Source of the DNA: Verrucomicrobiia bacterium
Lineage (GTDB): Bacteria > Verrucomicrobiota > Verrucomicrobiia > Limisphaerales > UBA11358
Direction: 5' to 3'
Assembly (NCBI GenBank): GCA_036490655.1
Contig: DASXDM010000016.1
Coordinates: 83,135-147,134, forward strand
Length of the DNA: 64,000 nucleotides
The notes beneath the pieces were generated by a model, which saw nothing but the letters and a program-made list of their open reading frames with translations, was not told the origin of the DNA and searched no databases. The translations under genes were made by a program, and so were the position numbers. Of the stretch, positions 41,557 through 49,960 are shown piece by piece; the first letter of the stretch is position 1, and every line of letters begins with the position of its first letter.

Positions 41557-42327
41557 ATGCTTGCGCATGAAAGCACGCTACGGCTCAATGTAAGTGTGAG
41601 CCAGCGACCCAAACCGCGTCGTCCCAGCCCGCCGCATAATCCCGGCGTGCGCGATTTGGTCGAGAGCAAGCGACAGGGATCCTCATCACCAAAACCAGAA
41701 GACGCCAGGCGCGGTTTTCGTGGCTGGAATGAGCGCGGTTATCTACCCCATCGGGATGAGCCTGGTTTGACACAGTTCGTCACTTTTCGTCTTGCAGACA
41801 GCTTTCCTGAATCACTTCGTTCCGAGTGGGAACATCTTGCCAGGATTGAAGACACCCATGAGCAGCGGACTGAGCTGGAGGCTTACCTGGACAGAGGACG
41901 TGGCGAATGTCATTTGCGCCGACCTGACATTGCCAAGCTGGTTGAGGATAATTTTCGGCAATTCGGAGAGTACTGCGGGTCACAGACCTGCGCTTCAGAA
42001 CACACATCCCGCTACGATTTGCAGGCGTGGGTAGTGATGCCGAACCATGTTCATGTCTTATTCAAGGTGGAAAGCGTTCCTATGTCAGAGATTGTTGGCG
42101 CTTGGAAAAAGCATACGGGCAGGATTGCCAATAAGTTGCTCGGAAAGCATGGCCCGTTTTGGGCGGAAGATTATTTTGACGTGTTCATGCGGGAAGTTGA
42201 ACACAGACAACAAACAATTTGCTACATCGAGAATAATCCGACCAAAGCAAAACTGGTTCTCGATCCGAAAGAGTGGCCTTGGAGCAGTGCGCGGTTTCGG
42301 AATGAATTTGGAGTGTTGCGGTTGTAG
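41557..42327 (+). CDS. REP-associated tyrosine transposase (RAYT; IS200/Y1-transposase-like)
   Basis: HUH motif VVMPNHVHVLF. Catalytic Tyr region QQTICYIENNPTKAKLV...WPWSSARF. N-terminal GYLPHRDEPGLTQFVTFRLADS. Start moved from 41218, which reads through repeat copy B, to the ATG at 41557. Confidence 0.8.
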   Translation: MLAHESTLRLNVSVSQRPKPRRPSPPHNPGVRDLVESKRQGSSSPKPEDARRGFRGWNERGYLPHRDEPGLTQFVTFRLADSFPESLRSEWEHLARIEDTHEQRTELEAYLDRGRGECHLRRPDIAKLVEDNFRQFGEYCGSQTCASEHTSRYDLQAWVVMPNHVHVLFKVESVPMSEIVGAWKKHTGRIANKLLGKHGPFWAEDYFDVFMREVEHRQQTICYIENNPTKAKLVLDPKEWPWSSARFRNEFGVLRL

Positions 42328-42328
42328 T

Positions 42329-42476
42329 GGAGCTCGGCTCTGTGAGCCGCAGCAATGTCCTGGTTTTTCAAGACTTCACAGGTTGCTCCAAATGCCTTCG
42401 CTTGCCAAAGCTGCCGCGGGTTGCTAACCGCCCTCCGTTAACTTCAACTTCTGCGGGTCATAGGACCCGCGCTCCG
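42329..42476 (+). repeat. REP-like repeat, copy C (lacks the first ~45 nt), immediately after the RAYT stop
   Basis: GGAGCTCGGCTCTGTGAGCCGCAGCAATGTCC...CTGCGGGTCATAGGACCCGCGCTCCG aligns with the 3' three-quarters of copies A and B. Confidence 0.8.
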
Positions 42477-42544
42477 GGAGAAGTTGGAATTCAGGCCGGT
42501 GGTGTAAGCCCATCGGCCCATTTACACCGCCCGACCACTTCAAA

Positions 42545-42733
42545 TTATGGCCAATTGGCAAGGATTTCGTTGGCTTTGGTGACCTGTTCCGGCGAGCCGG
42601 TGAAACTGCACTTCACTTTTCCGGCCTGGCGCGTGACCTGGACTACGATGGTTTCCAGGCCGCTATTCTTCATGCGGAGGCGGAGTTGTTTGGTGACTTC
42701 CCTGACGCTGTGATCTTGGAGGCTATTGCTCAT
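42545..42733 (-). CDS. Hypothetical small protein (62 aa)
   Basis: ORF only; no family recognised. Sits alone between the repeat and a divergent region. Confidence 0.3.
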   Translation of the reverse strand: MSNSLQDHSVREVTKQLRLRMKNSGLETIVVQVTRQAGKVKCSFTGSPEQVTKANEILANWP

Positions 42734-42920
42734 GGTTGAGCTTCAGTGCGCGACGACCTTATAGCAATGCAATTCACCGTTTATTTCGGGAGAAGGGACG
42801 GACGGGACGAAAGAACTTCCGCTATCGCTCCGGCCGGAGTTTAATTTATTGGCGGGGAAAACTCGCGGCTTCACCGCGGGCTCCGGCCGGTCGTTGCGCC
42901 GCGGCAAAATAGATACGTCC

Positions 42921-42942
42921 CTCCTGATCATTGGATCAGGAG
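42921..42942 (-). terminator. Perfect 9-bp hairpin downstream of the Lys-rich micro-ORF
   Basis: CTCCTGATC-ATTG-GATCAGGAG. On the minus strand it is followed by a T-containing tail (GGGACGTATCTATTTT). Confidence 0.4.
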
Positions 42943-42953
42943 AGACAAGGACG

Positions 42954-43022
42954 CTACTTTTTCTTCTTTTTAGCGGCTGGTTTCTTTTTGGCTGCGCTTT
43001 TGGCTTTGGCTTTTTTTGCCAT
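42954..43022 (-). CDS. Candidate 22-aa Lys/Ala-rich micro-ORF (MAKKAKAKSAAKKKPAAKKKKK)
   Basis: ATG at 43022, TAG at 42956-42954, hairpin 12 nt downstream. Below the ORF-track length cut-off; found by reading the minus strand. Confidence 0.25.
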   Translation of the reverse strand: MAKKAKAKSAAKKKPAAKKKKK

Positions 43023-43187
43023 AGTTTTATTTTTTTACCGCGGTTGACTGGCTTGCGGGATAGAAGTTTCCCCGCAGGCAAATCCATCATGGTCCTCGAA
43101 GCGATGATTGTAAATGGCTTTGTGCCAAATTTGTGACGCCCGTCCGACTGTCCTTGCCGGGAATTTTCCGGGTGGTAATGTGATTTC

Positions 43188-43679
43188 GTGAAGCCGGAAC
43201 AAAAACCCATCGGCGCCGATGTCCGCATCGGGCACGTGCATCTCAAAGTCGCCGACCTTGACCGCGCATTAAAATTTTATTGCGGCGTGCTCGGGTTCGG
43301 ATTGCAACAGCGCTTCGGTTCGCAGGCGGCCTTCATTTCCGCCGGCGATTATCATCATCACATCGGTTTGAACACGTGGGAAAGCGCGGGCGGTTCGCCG
43401 CCGCCGCCGGGCGCGACCGGCCTGTACCACCTGGCCATCCTCTATCCCACCCGGGCGCAACTGGCGGATGCATTGCGCCGCGTCCTCGCGGCGGGAATCG
43501 AGATCGACGGCGCCTCCGACCATGGAGTCAGCGAGGCGATCTATCTGCGCGACCCGGACAACAACGGCGTGGAGCTTTATTGGGACCGGCCCAAAGAACA
43601 ATGGCCGCGTTCACCGGACGGCGGTGTGGCGATGTTCACGCGCGCGTTGGATTTGGATTCCCTGCTGGCGGAGAAATGA
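43188..43679 (+). CDS. VOC-family (glyoxalase/extradiol dioxygenase-like) protein
   Basis: IGHVHLKVADLDRALKFYCGVLGF...HHHIGLNTW...YHLAILY...SEAIYLRDPDNNGVELY. GTG start. Confidence 0.8.
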   Translation: MKPEQKPIGADVRIGHVHLKVADLDRALKFYCGVLGFGLQQRFGSQAAFISAGDYHHHIGLNTWESAGGSPPPPGATGLYHLAILYPTRAQLADALRRVLAAGIEIDGASDHGVSEAIYLRDPDNNGVELYWDRPKEQWPRSPDGGVAMFTRALDLDSLLAEK

Positions 43680-43680
43680 T

Positions 43681-44253
43681 TCAGGCGGGTTTGTCTTTGG
43701 CTTTTCGGGCGGCGATCGCCTCGGTGAACCAAAGCAAATCGTCCAGAAATTCCGCGGCGCGCTTCTCATAAGCGGGATCAACCGGTGTGCCATCGTCCTT
43801 GAAACTGTCGTGCACGCGCGAGACAGAAAGATTTTCAGGGATGGGGACCGCGCCCATGCCGATGATCACCAGCCGCAATTGCGCCAGGCAATTGATGCCG
43901 CCGAATCCGCCGGCGGAAACCGTCACGATGCCGACGGGCTTGCGCTCATATTCCGGCAGGAGATAATCCAGCGCATTTTTCAGGACGCCCGGATAACCGT
44001 TGTTATATTCGGGCGTGACGATGGCGATGGAATCCGCGCGGCCGATCTTCTCCCCAAATTCGCGCACGCCCGCGGGCGGATCGTCGCGGCGGTGCAGGCG
44101 TTCTTCCATGATGGGAAAATTATATTCGAGCAGGTCGAGCAACTCGGTTTCAACGCCTTGCCGCTGCTGCAATTTTTTCAGGACGAATCGCGCCACCTTG
44201 ATGCTCTGGCGGTCGCGCCGCGTGCTGCCGCAAATGATGGGAATGTAATACAT
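43681..44253 (-). CDS. NADPH-dependent FMN reductase family protein
   Basis: IPIICGSTRRDRQS...ADSIAIVTPEYNNGYPGVLKNALDYL. Confidence 0.85.
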   Translation of the reverse strand: MYYIPIICGSTRRDRQSIKVARFVLKKLQQRQGVETELLDLLEYNFPIMEERLHRRDDPPAGVREFGEKIGRADSIAIVTPEYNNGYPGVLKNALDYLLPEYERKPVGIVTVSAGGFGGINCLAQLRLVIIGMGAVPIPENLSVSRVHDSFKDDGTPVDPAYEKRAAEFLDDLLWFTEAIAARKAKDKPA

Positions 44254-44305
44254 AATAGCCTCCGTCTTTCAACTCTGCACACTCTCGCGCAAAGCAACGG
44301 CGAAA

Positions 44306-44887
44306 TCAATCGCGCGATTCCAGGGCGCGCTCGATGCGCCGGTCGGGAACCAGCCACATCAGCGCCACGCTGAAGTAAACCGCACAGGAAAGCCATGGAC
44401 GAACAAACGCCAGTCCGATTCCGGTTGCATATATAGCCGGCGAGGGTTTTCCCTTCCAATCCCTGACGAGGGCGCGGGCCAGTTTTGAATCGCGGGGGTA
44501 TTGCGCCCGGATGATGTTTTGGAGGAGGTAATAGGCGATGGACGCGCAAAACGTCAGCGCTCCGTAAAAGGCCGTCGGCGCGGTGGTGAAATGGTTCTCC
44601 CCCATCCAGCCGGTCACGAATGGAAAAAGCGAGAGCCAAAACAGCAGGTGAAGGTTCGCCCACATCATCGAGGCATTGACCGAGCGCGCCGCCTTGAGCA
44701 GATGGTGATGGTTGTTCCAATAAATCCCCAGGTAAATGAAGCTCAACACGTACGTCAGGAAGACCGGCAATAAAGGTTTCAGCGCCGCAACATCCGGGCT
44801 TTCCGGCACTCTCAGGTCCAGCACCATGATAGTGATGATGATGGCCAGCACGCCGTCGCTGAACGCTTCGATCCGGTTCTTTTCCAT
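44306..44887 (-). CDS. TMEM175/DUF1211-family potassium channel-like membrane protein
   Basis: N-terminal RIEAFSDGVLAIIITIMVLDL signature. Six predicted TM segments. Confidence 0.8.
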   Translation of the reverse strand: MEKNRIEAFSDGVLAIIITIMVLDLRVPESPDVAALKPLLPVFLTYVLSFIYLGIYWNNHHHLLKAARSVNASMMWANLHLLFWLSLFPFVTGWMGENHFTTAPTAFYGALTFCASIAYYLLQNIIRAQYPRDSKLARALVRDWKGKPSPAIYATGIGLAFVRPWLSCAVYFSVALMWLVPDRRIERALESRD

Positions 44888-44957
44888 GGCGAAAAGATAG
44901 TAGAATATTACCGGAAACAGAATTCGAATATTTTTTTGCCTACACTATAATATCGGC

Positions 44958-45431
44958 ATGGATCTGAACATCACTCCCATCGGCTATGTCGATTGCGCGC
45001 GCAAGGCGTTGGCGGATGATTTTTGGGGTGGCGCCGAATCGCGCATCGTATTGACGGACACTATCGAACCAGATGCGCTGGACGGCATTGAGGATTTCTC
45101 CCATGCGGAAATCATTTTTTTCTTTCACGAAGTCGAACCTGAAAAAATTGTCCGCGGCGCGCGGCATCCGCGCAATAATCCTGTTTGGCCAAAGATCGGG
45201 ATTTTCGCCCAACGCGGCAAGAACCGCCCGAATCGTCTCGGCAGCACCATCGTTCGCATTGTGCGGCGTGAGGGCAAATCACTCCTCGTGGCCGAGTTGG
45301 ACGCCGTGGACGGTACGCCGGTGCTCGACATCAAACCGGTCATGACGGAATTCCTGCCGCGCACAAAAGTATTTCAGCCCGAATGGTCGCAGGAATTGAT
45401 GAAGAATTACTGGAAACAACCCTTCGAATAA
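44958..45431 (+). CDS. TsaA/TrmO-like SAM-dependent methyltransferase (UPF0066)
   Basis: ITPIGYV...GIFAQRGKNRPNRLGSTIVRIV...VDGTPVLDIKPVM. Confidence 0.85.
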   Translation: MDLNITPIGYVDCARKALADDFWGGAESRIVLTDTIEPDALDGIEDFSHAEIIFFFHEVEPEKIVRGARHPRNNPVWPKIGIFAQRGKNRPNRLGSTIVRIVRREGKSLLVAELDAVDGTPVLDIKPVMTEFLPRTKVFQPEWSQELMKNYWKQPFE

Positions 45432-45442
45432 TGATTAACGAT

Positions 45443-46387
45443 ATGAAAACCAAGGAACTGGGAAATTCTGACCTGTCGATCACCCCCATCGGTTTAGGCG
45501 CCTGGGCCATTGGCGGCGATTGGGAATTCGGATGGGGTACGCAGGACGATACGCAGTCCATCGCCGCCATCCATCGCGCGCTGGAGTTAGGCATCAATTG
45601 GATCGATACCGCGCCCGTTTACGGCTTGGGACATTCGGAAGAAGTCGTTGCCCGCGCGTTGCGCGATTGGAAGGGCTCGCGGCCCTATGTCTTCACCAAA
45701 TGCGGGATGTTGTGGAACGACAAGAAGGAGATCAGCTATTCCCTGCGCGCCGATTCCATCCGGCGCGAATGCGAGGCCAGCCTGCGCCGCCTCAAGGTGG
45801 AGGTCATCGACTTGTACCAGGTCCATTGGACGGCGGATGATTTGGCCGAGACCGTCGAGGGCTGGGAAACGCTCGCGGCACTGAAACGCGAAGGCAAATT
45901 GCGCTGGATCGGTGTCTCGAACGCGACCGTGGAGGAGATGGAGAAGCTGAAAAGCATCGCGCCCATCACTTCGCTGCAACCCCCCTACTCGCTCATCCGG
46001 CAGGACGTCAAACCGTCGCAATTGCCGTGGTGCTTGAAGAACAATGTGGGCGTCATCGTGTATTCGCCGATGGCGAGCGGCCTGCTCACGGGCACAATGA
46101 CCCGCGAACGCATCGCGGCGCTGCCCAAGAACGATTGGCGAACGCGCAACGACAATTTCAAGGAGCCGAAACTTTCCCAAAATCTCACCTACGCCGACCG
46201 GCTGCGCGCCATCGGCAAGCGCCACGGCCAGAATCCGGGCGAGGTGGCCATCGCCTGGACACTGAACAACCCTGCGGTGACCGGCGCGATCGTGGGCGCA
46301 CGGAATCCGCAGCAGTTGGAAGGCATCATCGGAGCGATGGATTTCCGGCTGACCCCGGAGGAAGTGGCAGAATTGGAAGGGAAATAA
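45443..46387 (+). CDS. Aldo/keto reductase
   Basis: MKTKELGNSDLSITPIGLGAWAIGG...INWIDTAPVYGLGHSEEVV...IDLYQVHW...IGVSN. The alternative ATG at 45431 overlaps the upstream stop. Confidence 0.9.
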   Translation: MKTKELGNSDLSITPIGLGAWAIGGDWEFGWGTQDDTQSIAAIHRALELGINWIDTAPVYGLGHSEEVVARALRDWKGSRPYVFTKCGMLWNDKKEISYSLRADSIRRECEASLRRLKVEVIDLYQVHWTADDLAETVEGWETLAALKREGKLRWIGVSNATVEEMEKLKSIAPITSLQPPYSLIRQDVKPSQLPWCLKNNVGVIVYSPMASGLLTGTMTRERIAALPKNDWRTRNDNFKEPKLSQNLTYADRLRAIGKRHGQNPGEVAIAWTLNNPAVTGAIVGARNPQQLEGIIGAMDFRLTPEEVAELEGK

Positions 46388-46462
46388 GCGGCCGAAGACT
46401 GCCGCAGTCCAAGACGCTACGCGTTCGCCGGGGGCCCTAAAATTTGCGCCAGCTTTTGGAGT

Positions 46463-46484
46463 GCGCCAGTCCCCTGGCGCTTTT
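46463..46484 (+). terminator. Hairpin plus T-tract inside a REP-like element after the AKR gene
   Basis: GCGCCAG-TCCC-CTGGCGC followed by TTTTC. The surrounding sequence (46395-46484) translates as ...QSKTLRVRRGP..FAPAFGVRQSPGAF, resembling an interspersed repeat family. Confidence 0.55.
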
Positions 46485-46581
46485 CTAGAAGACCTGTTCA
46501 GAAATGGATAACAAAGATTTTAAAAGCTTCCAGCCCCATAAATAAAATTTCCCTTGACCGTCTAAAATTTTCCGCCTATAT

Positions 46582-46597
46582 TTAACCATATGGTTAA
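46582..46597. promoter_or_regulatory. Perfect 16-bp palindrome TTAACCATATGGTTAA centred on the ArsR start codon (candidate operator)
   Basis: Read directly from the sequence. The ATG at 46590-46592 is in the palindrome centre. Confidence 0.45.
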
Positions 46598-46946
46598 CAA
46601 TTCATCCCGGTTGTTGGACCGCACTTTTTCGGCGCTGGCTGATCCCACGCGCCGCCATATCCTCGAACACCTCTCGCATGGCGACCGGTGCGTGACTGAC
46701 CTGGCGCAACCATATTCCATGTCGCTGCCCGCTGTTTCCAAGCATTTGCGCGTCCTCGAAAAGGCCGGCCTGGTCCGTCGCCGCCGCAACGGACGGGTGC
46801 ATCGCTTGAAACTGGAGGCGGCGCCGATGAAGCAGGCGCAGCAATGGATCGAGGAATATCGCAAGTTTTGGGAGGAACGCTTTGACCGTTTGGACGAATA
46901 TCTGAAAAAATTACAAGAGGAGAAAAAACATGAGCACAAAAAATGA
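46590..46946 (+). CDS. ArsR/SmtB-family transcriptional regulator
   Basis: FSALADPTRRHILEHLSHGDRCVTDLAQPYSMSLPAVSKHLRVLEKAGLV winged-HTH. Confidence 0.9.
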   Translation: MVNNSSRLLDRTFSALADPTRRHILEHLSHGDRCVTDLAQPYSMSLPAVSKHLRVLEKAGLVRRRRNGRVHRLKLEAAPMKQAQQWIEEYRKFWEERFDRLDEYLKKLQEEKKHEHKK

Positions 46947-47400
46947 AACTGCGGGAAAATCGTCGGAATTAAAATTGACCCTCTCGCGCGTCGTCAACGC
47001 GCCTTGCGAAATGGTCTATCGCGCCTGGTCCGAACCCGAACAATTGGCCCAATGGTTCTGCCCACAGGAAGCCGAATGCAAGAGCGTGACTGCGGACGTC
47101 TGCATCGGCGGAGCCTTCCGCATCCATATGCTTTCACCAAAAGGCGACCACATCGCCGTCGGCAAATACCTGGAAGTAATCCCCAGTAAGCGACTGCGAT
47201 TCACATGGCAATGGGAACACTACGCCATGCCGGAGAGCGTCGTGACAGTGGAATTTGAAGACTTGGACAAGACAACGCGCGTCACGCTGACGCATACCGG
47301 CCTGCCCGACCAGGAAGACGTGGCCGAGCACACGCATGGGTGGACGTCGCTGATGGATAAATTCGTTGGGCTGGTGAAAGAAAAAAAGATCATCGCATGA
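46930..47400 (+). CDS. SRPBCC (AHSA1/START-like) domain protein
   Basis: RVVNAPCEMVYRAWSEPEQLAQWF...LRFTWQWE...VTLTHTGL. Overlaps the ArsR gene end. Confidence 0.85.
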   Translation: MSTKNETAGKSSELKLTLSRVVNAPCEMVYRAWSEPEQLAQWFCPQEAECKSVTADVCIGGAFRIHMLSPKGDHIAVGKYLEVIPSKRLRFTWQWEHYAMPESVVTVEFEDLDKTTRVTLTHTGLPDQEDVAEHTHGWTSLMDKFVGLVKEKKIIA

Positions 47401-47403
47401 TTT

Positions 47404-48750
47404 ATGGCTACAAAAACTAAAGATTATTTGGGACATGAATTTGTCATCACCCGCGAGTTCGACGCGCCGCGCGAGCTGGTCTTCAAGGCCTGGACAGACC
47501 CGAAACAACTGGCCGAATGGTGGGGGCCTAAAGGTTTCACGAACCCCGTCTGCAAATGGGACGTTCGGCCCGGCGGAAAGATTTATGATGTGATGCGCGC
47601 GCCGAACGGCGTCGATTATCCGATGGGCGGCGAATTCCGCGAGATCACCCCGCCGGAACGGTTGGTGTTCGCCTGCGGCGCGCTGGATGCGAAGGGCAAA
47701 ATGCTTTTTGAATTTTTGCATGACGCCACGTTCACGGAAAAGAAGGGCAAAACAAAACTCATCCTTCGTTCCAAGGTCACCATGACGACGCCGGAGGCGA
47801 ACCGTTACATCGGCGGATTTACGACGGGCATGACATCGAGCCTGGAACGCCTGGCGGAACAGGTGAAAACAGAACCGTTCATCATCGAGCGCATCCTGGA
47901 CGCGCCCGCCGCGCTGGTCTGGCGGGCCCTCACGACCCCCGAGGACATGAGCCGTTGGTATTTCGACATGCAAAATTTCCGCCCGGAGGTGGGCTGCGAC
48001 TTCCGGTTCGTCGTCGAGCATAAAGGGAAAGTGCATGACCATCGCGCCCGGATCACGGAATTGGCGCCGCAGAAAAAAATCGCTTATACCTGGCGCTATG
48101 AGGGGCGCGAAGGGCTTTCCCTGGTGACGTTCGAGCTGTTCAGCCGGGGCCGGAAGATGCGGTTACGATTGACCCATGCAGGCCTGGAATCATTCGGAAA
48201 AGCGCCGGAAATGGCGCGCAAGAACTTTGTGGGCGGCTGGACGTGGCTCATTGGCACTGAAATCAAAGATTTTGTCGAGAATTTCGACCGGGAGATTTTT
48301 ATCACAAGGACCGTCAACGCGCCGCGCGAGCTGGTATGGGAGGCGATGACCAATCCCAGGCATGTCGTGAACTGGTGGGGACCGCGCGGATTCACGACGA
48401 CCATTGAGAAAATGAATGTCCGGGTGGGTGGCGTGTGGAAACACGTCATGCAAGGGCCGGACGGCACGAAGTATCCGAACCACAGCGTCTTCACGGAAGT
48501 GGTGAAACCTGAGCGCCTCGTGTTCGCGCACGGTGGCCGTCGTGAAAAAGGATCGGGCGCAAATTTCATTGCGACCTGGTCGTTCGACAATCTGGCCAAA
48601 GACAAAACGCGTGTCTCCATCCGCATGATCTTCAAGTCCGCCGCTGCCAGGGACATGGTGGTGAGGGAATTCGGCGCGATCGAAGGCGGCAAACAAACGC
48701 TGGCGCGGCTGGAGGAATTTTTAAAGAAGAGGGCTGTCACGAAAAGATAA
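47404..48750 (+). CDS. Protein with three tandem SRPBCC/AHSA1 domains
   Basis: Three repeats of the pattern R.(F/L)DAPRELV(F/W).A.T.P....WWGP(K/R)GFT (approx aa 15, 160, 300). Confidence 0.85.
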   Translation: MATKTKDYLGHEFVITREFDAPRELVFKAWTDPKQLAEWWGPKGFTNPVCKWDVRPGGKIYDVMRAPNGVDYPMGGEFREITPPERLVFACGALDAKGKMLFEFLHDATFTEKKGKTKLILRSKVTMTTPEANRYIGGFTTGMTSSLERLAEQVKTEPFIIERILDAPAALVWRALTTPEDMSRWYFDMQNFRPEVGCDFRFVVEHKGKVHDHRARITELAPQKKIAYTWRYEGREGLSLVTFELFSRGRKMRLRLTHAGLESFGKAPEMARKNFVGGWTWLIGTEIKDFVENFDREIFITRTVNAPRELVWEAMTNPRHVVNWWGPRGFTTTIEKMNVRVGGVWKHVMQGPDGTKYPNHSVFTEVVKPERLVFAHGGRREKGSGANFIATWSFDNLAKDKTRVSIRMIFKSAAARDMVVREFGAIEGGKQTLARLEEFLKKRAVTKR

Positions 48751-48837
48751 CAACCCATCGCTTGACCCGGCGGAAAGGGCGATGGATATTCAGTGGCTTC
48801 CTGGAGGCAGAAACAAAGTAAATAAGGAGAACGAATT

Positions 48838-49224
48838 ATGAGCAAAGCGAAGAAAACCGCAGCCAGCCTGGTCTGGTTCGAGATCCCGGCAGACAATACC
48901 GCCCGGGCAAAGAAATTTTACAACAAGCTGTTCGGCTGGAAGATCAATCCGTTGCCGCACATGCCCGAATATTTCCACATGGACACCGGTGGCAAAGACG
49001 GATCGCCCGACGGCGCAGTATTGAAGCGCATGTGCCCGGAGCATCCGGTCACGATTTACATCAGCGTGCCCTCTGTGGCCAAAGCATCGGCGAAGGTCAA
49101 GAAACTGGGGGGAAAGATCGTCAAACCCAAAACCGCCGTGCCGGGCATGGGCTTTTTCGCCATCTGCCAGGATTCGGAAAATAACCCGTTCGCCGTTTGG
49201 GAAATGAGTCCGAAAGCAAAATAA
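48838..49224 (+). CDS. VOC-family protein
   Basis: LVWFEIPADNTARAKKFYNKLFGW...GMGFFAICQDSENNPFAVWE. Confidence 0.8.
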   Translation: MSKAKKTAASLVWFEIPADNTARAKKFYNKLFGWKINPLPHMPEYFHMDTGGKDGSPDGAVLKRMCPEHPVTIYISVPSVAKASAKVKKLGGKIVKPKTAVPGMGFFAICQDSENNPFAVWEMSPKAK

Positions 49225-49247
49225 CCGCAACCACACCCGGAGAAATT

Positions 49248-49673
49248 ATGTACGACAGTGCCATTATCCAGCCCTACCTGTTCTTCGATGGAAAATGCGA
49301 AGAGGCCATCGAGTTTTACAAACAAGCGCTCGGCGCAAAAGTGAACCTGCTGATGCGATACAAAGAGGCTCCCCCGGAAGCACAGCCGAACATCGCCCCG
49401 GGCAACAAAGACAAGGTGATGCATGCTTCCTTGCAGATCGGCCAGGCCACGATGCTGGCCTCCGACGGGCATTGCCAGGGCAAACCGAAGTTTGAGGGCA
49501 ACGCCATCTCACTCATTTTGAAAACCCCGGCGGAAGTCGATAAAGCCTTCCAGGCCTTGTCCGAGGGTGGCCAGGTGTCGATGCCGGCCGGAGAAACGTT
49601 TTTCTCCAAACGTTTCGGCATGCTCACCGATAAATTCGGCGTGATGTGGATGGTGCTGGTGCATTCGAACTGA
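49248..49673 (+). CDS. VOC/PhnB-YjdN-like protein
   Basis: IQPYLFFDGKCEEAIEFYKQALGA...VMHASLQIGQATMLASDG...FGVMWMV. ATG at 49248 chosen within the track ORF 49197. Confidence 0.8.
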   Translation: MYDSAIIQPYLFFDGKCEEAIEFYKQALGAKVNLLMRYKEAPPEAQPNIAPGNKDKVMHASLQIGQATMLASDGHCQGKPKFEGNAISLILKTPAEVDKAFQALSEGGQVSMPAGETFFSKRFGMLTDKFGVMWMVLVHSN

Positions 49674-49683
49674 AAGGAATTTT

Positions 49684-49801
49684 ATGGCCGCAAAATCTGC
49701 CAATGATTATCTGACACTCATCGCGCGACTCCTCCTGGGGCTGGTCTTTTTCGTGTTTGGCCTCAACGGCTTCCTGCAATTCATCCCGCAACCCAAAGAA
49801 A
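49684..49801 (+). pseudogene. 5' fragment of a DoxX-family membrane protein gene, interrupted by a transposon
   Basis: MAAKSANDYLTLIARLLLGLVFFVFGLNGFLQFIPQPKE then reads into the IS end and stops at 49858-60. The N-terminus parallels the intact paralogue at 53617-53988. Confidence 0.8.
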
Positions 49802-49960
49802 GGGGACTATATACTTATTCACCCTTGGTTATTTTGGGTGAAATTTTCTTTTGTTCTTGACATGCCGCCACAGGCTGTCACGATGCCATTCTCCGCGACG
49901 GCGGGGTTAGAGAGGAAGGTGGTGCCAGATGAGGGTACTGTAGTTTTTTGTACGAACCAC

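Noticed and set aside
40957-42476. CRISPR array hypothesis for the three direct repeats
   Set aside because: The units are ~195 nt, with irregular spacing of 170 and ~815 nt, and one interval contains a transposase gene. There are no cas genes. This fits a REP/RAYT system, not CRISPR.
42743-43246. 167-aa minus-strand ORF
   Set aside because: It has odd composition and no start context. It overlaps the 5' end of the VOC gene and spans the probable divergent promoter region. It is better explained as non-coding DNA with a possible micro-ORF.
43468-44373. 301-aa plus-strand ORF, and the 302-aa minus-strand ORF at 47134-48042
   Set aside because: They are antisense to well-supported genes (FMN reductase; SRPBCC proteins) and have Arg/Ala-rich shadow-ORF composition.
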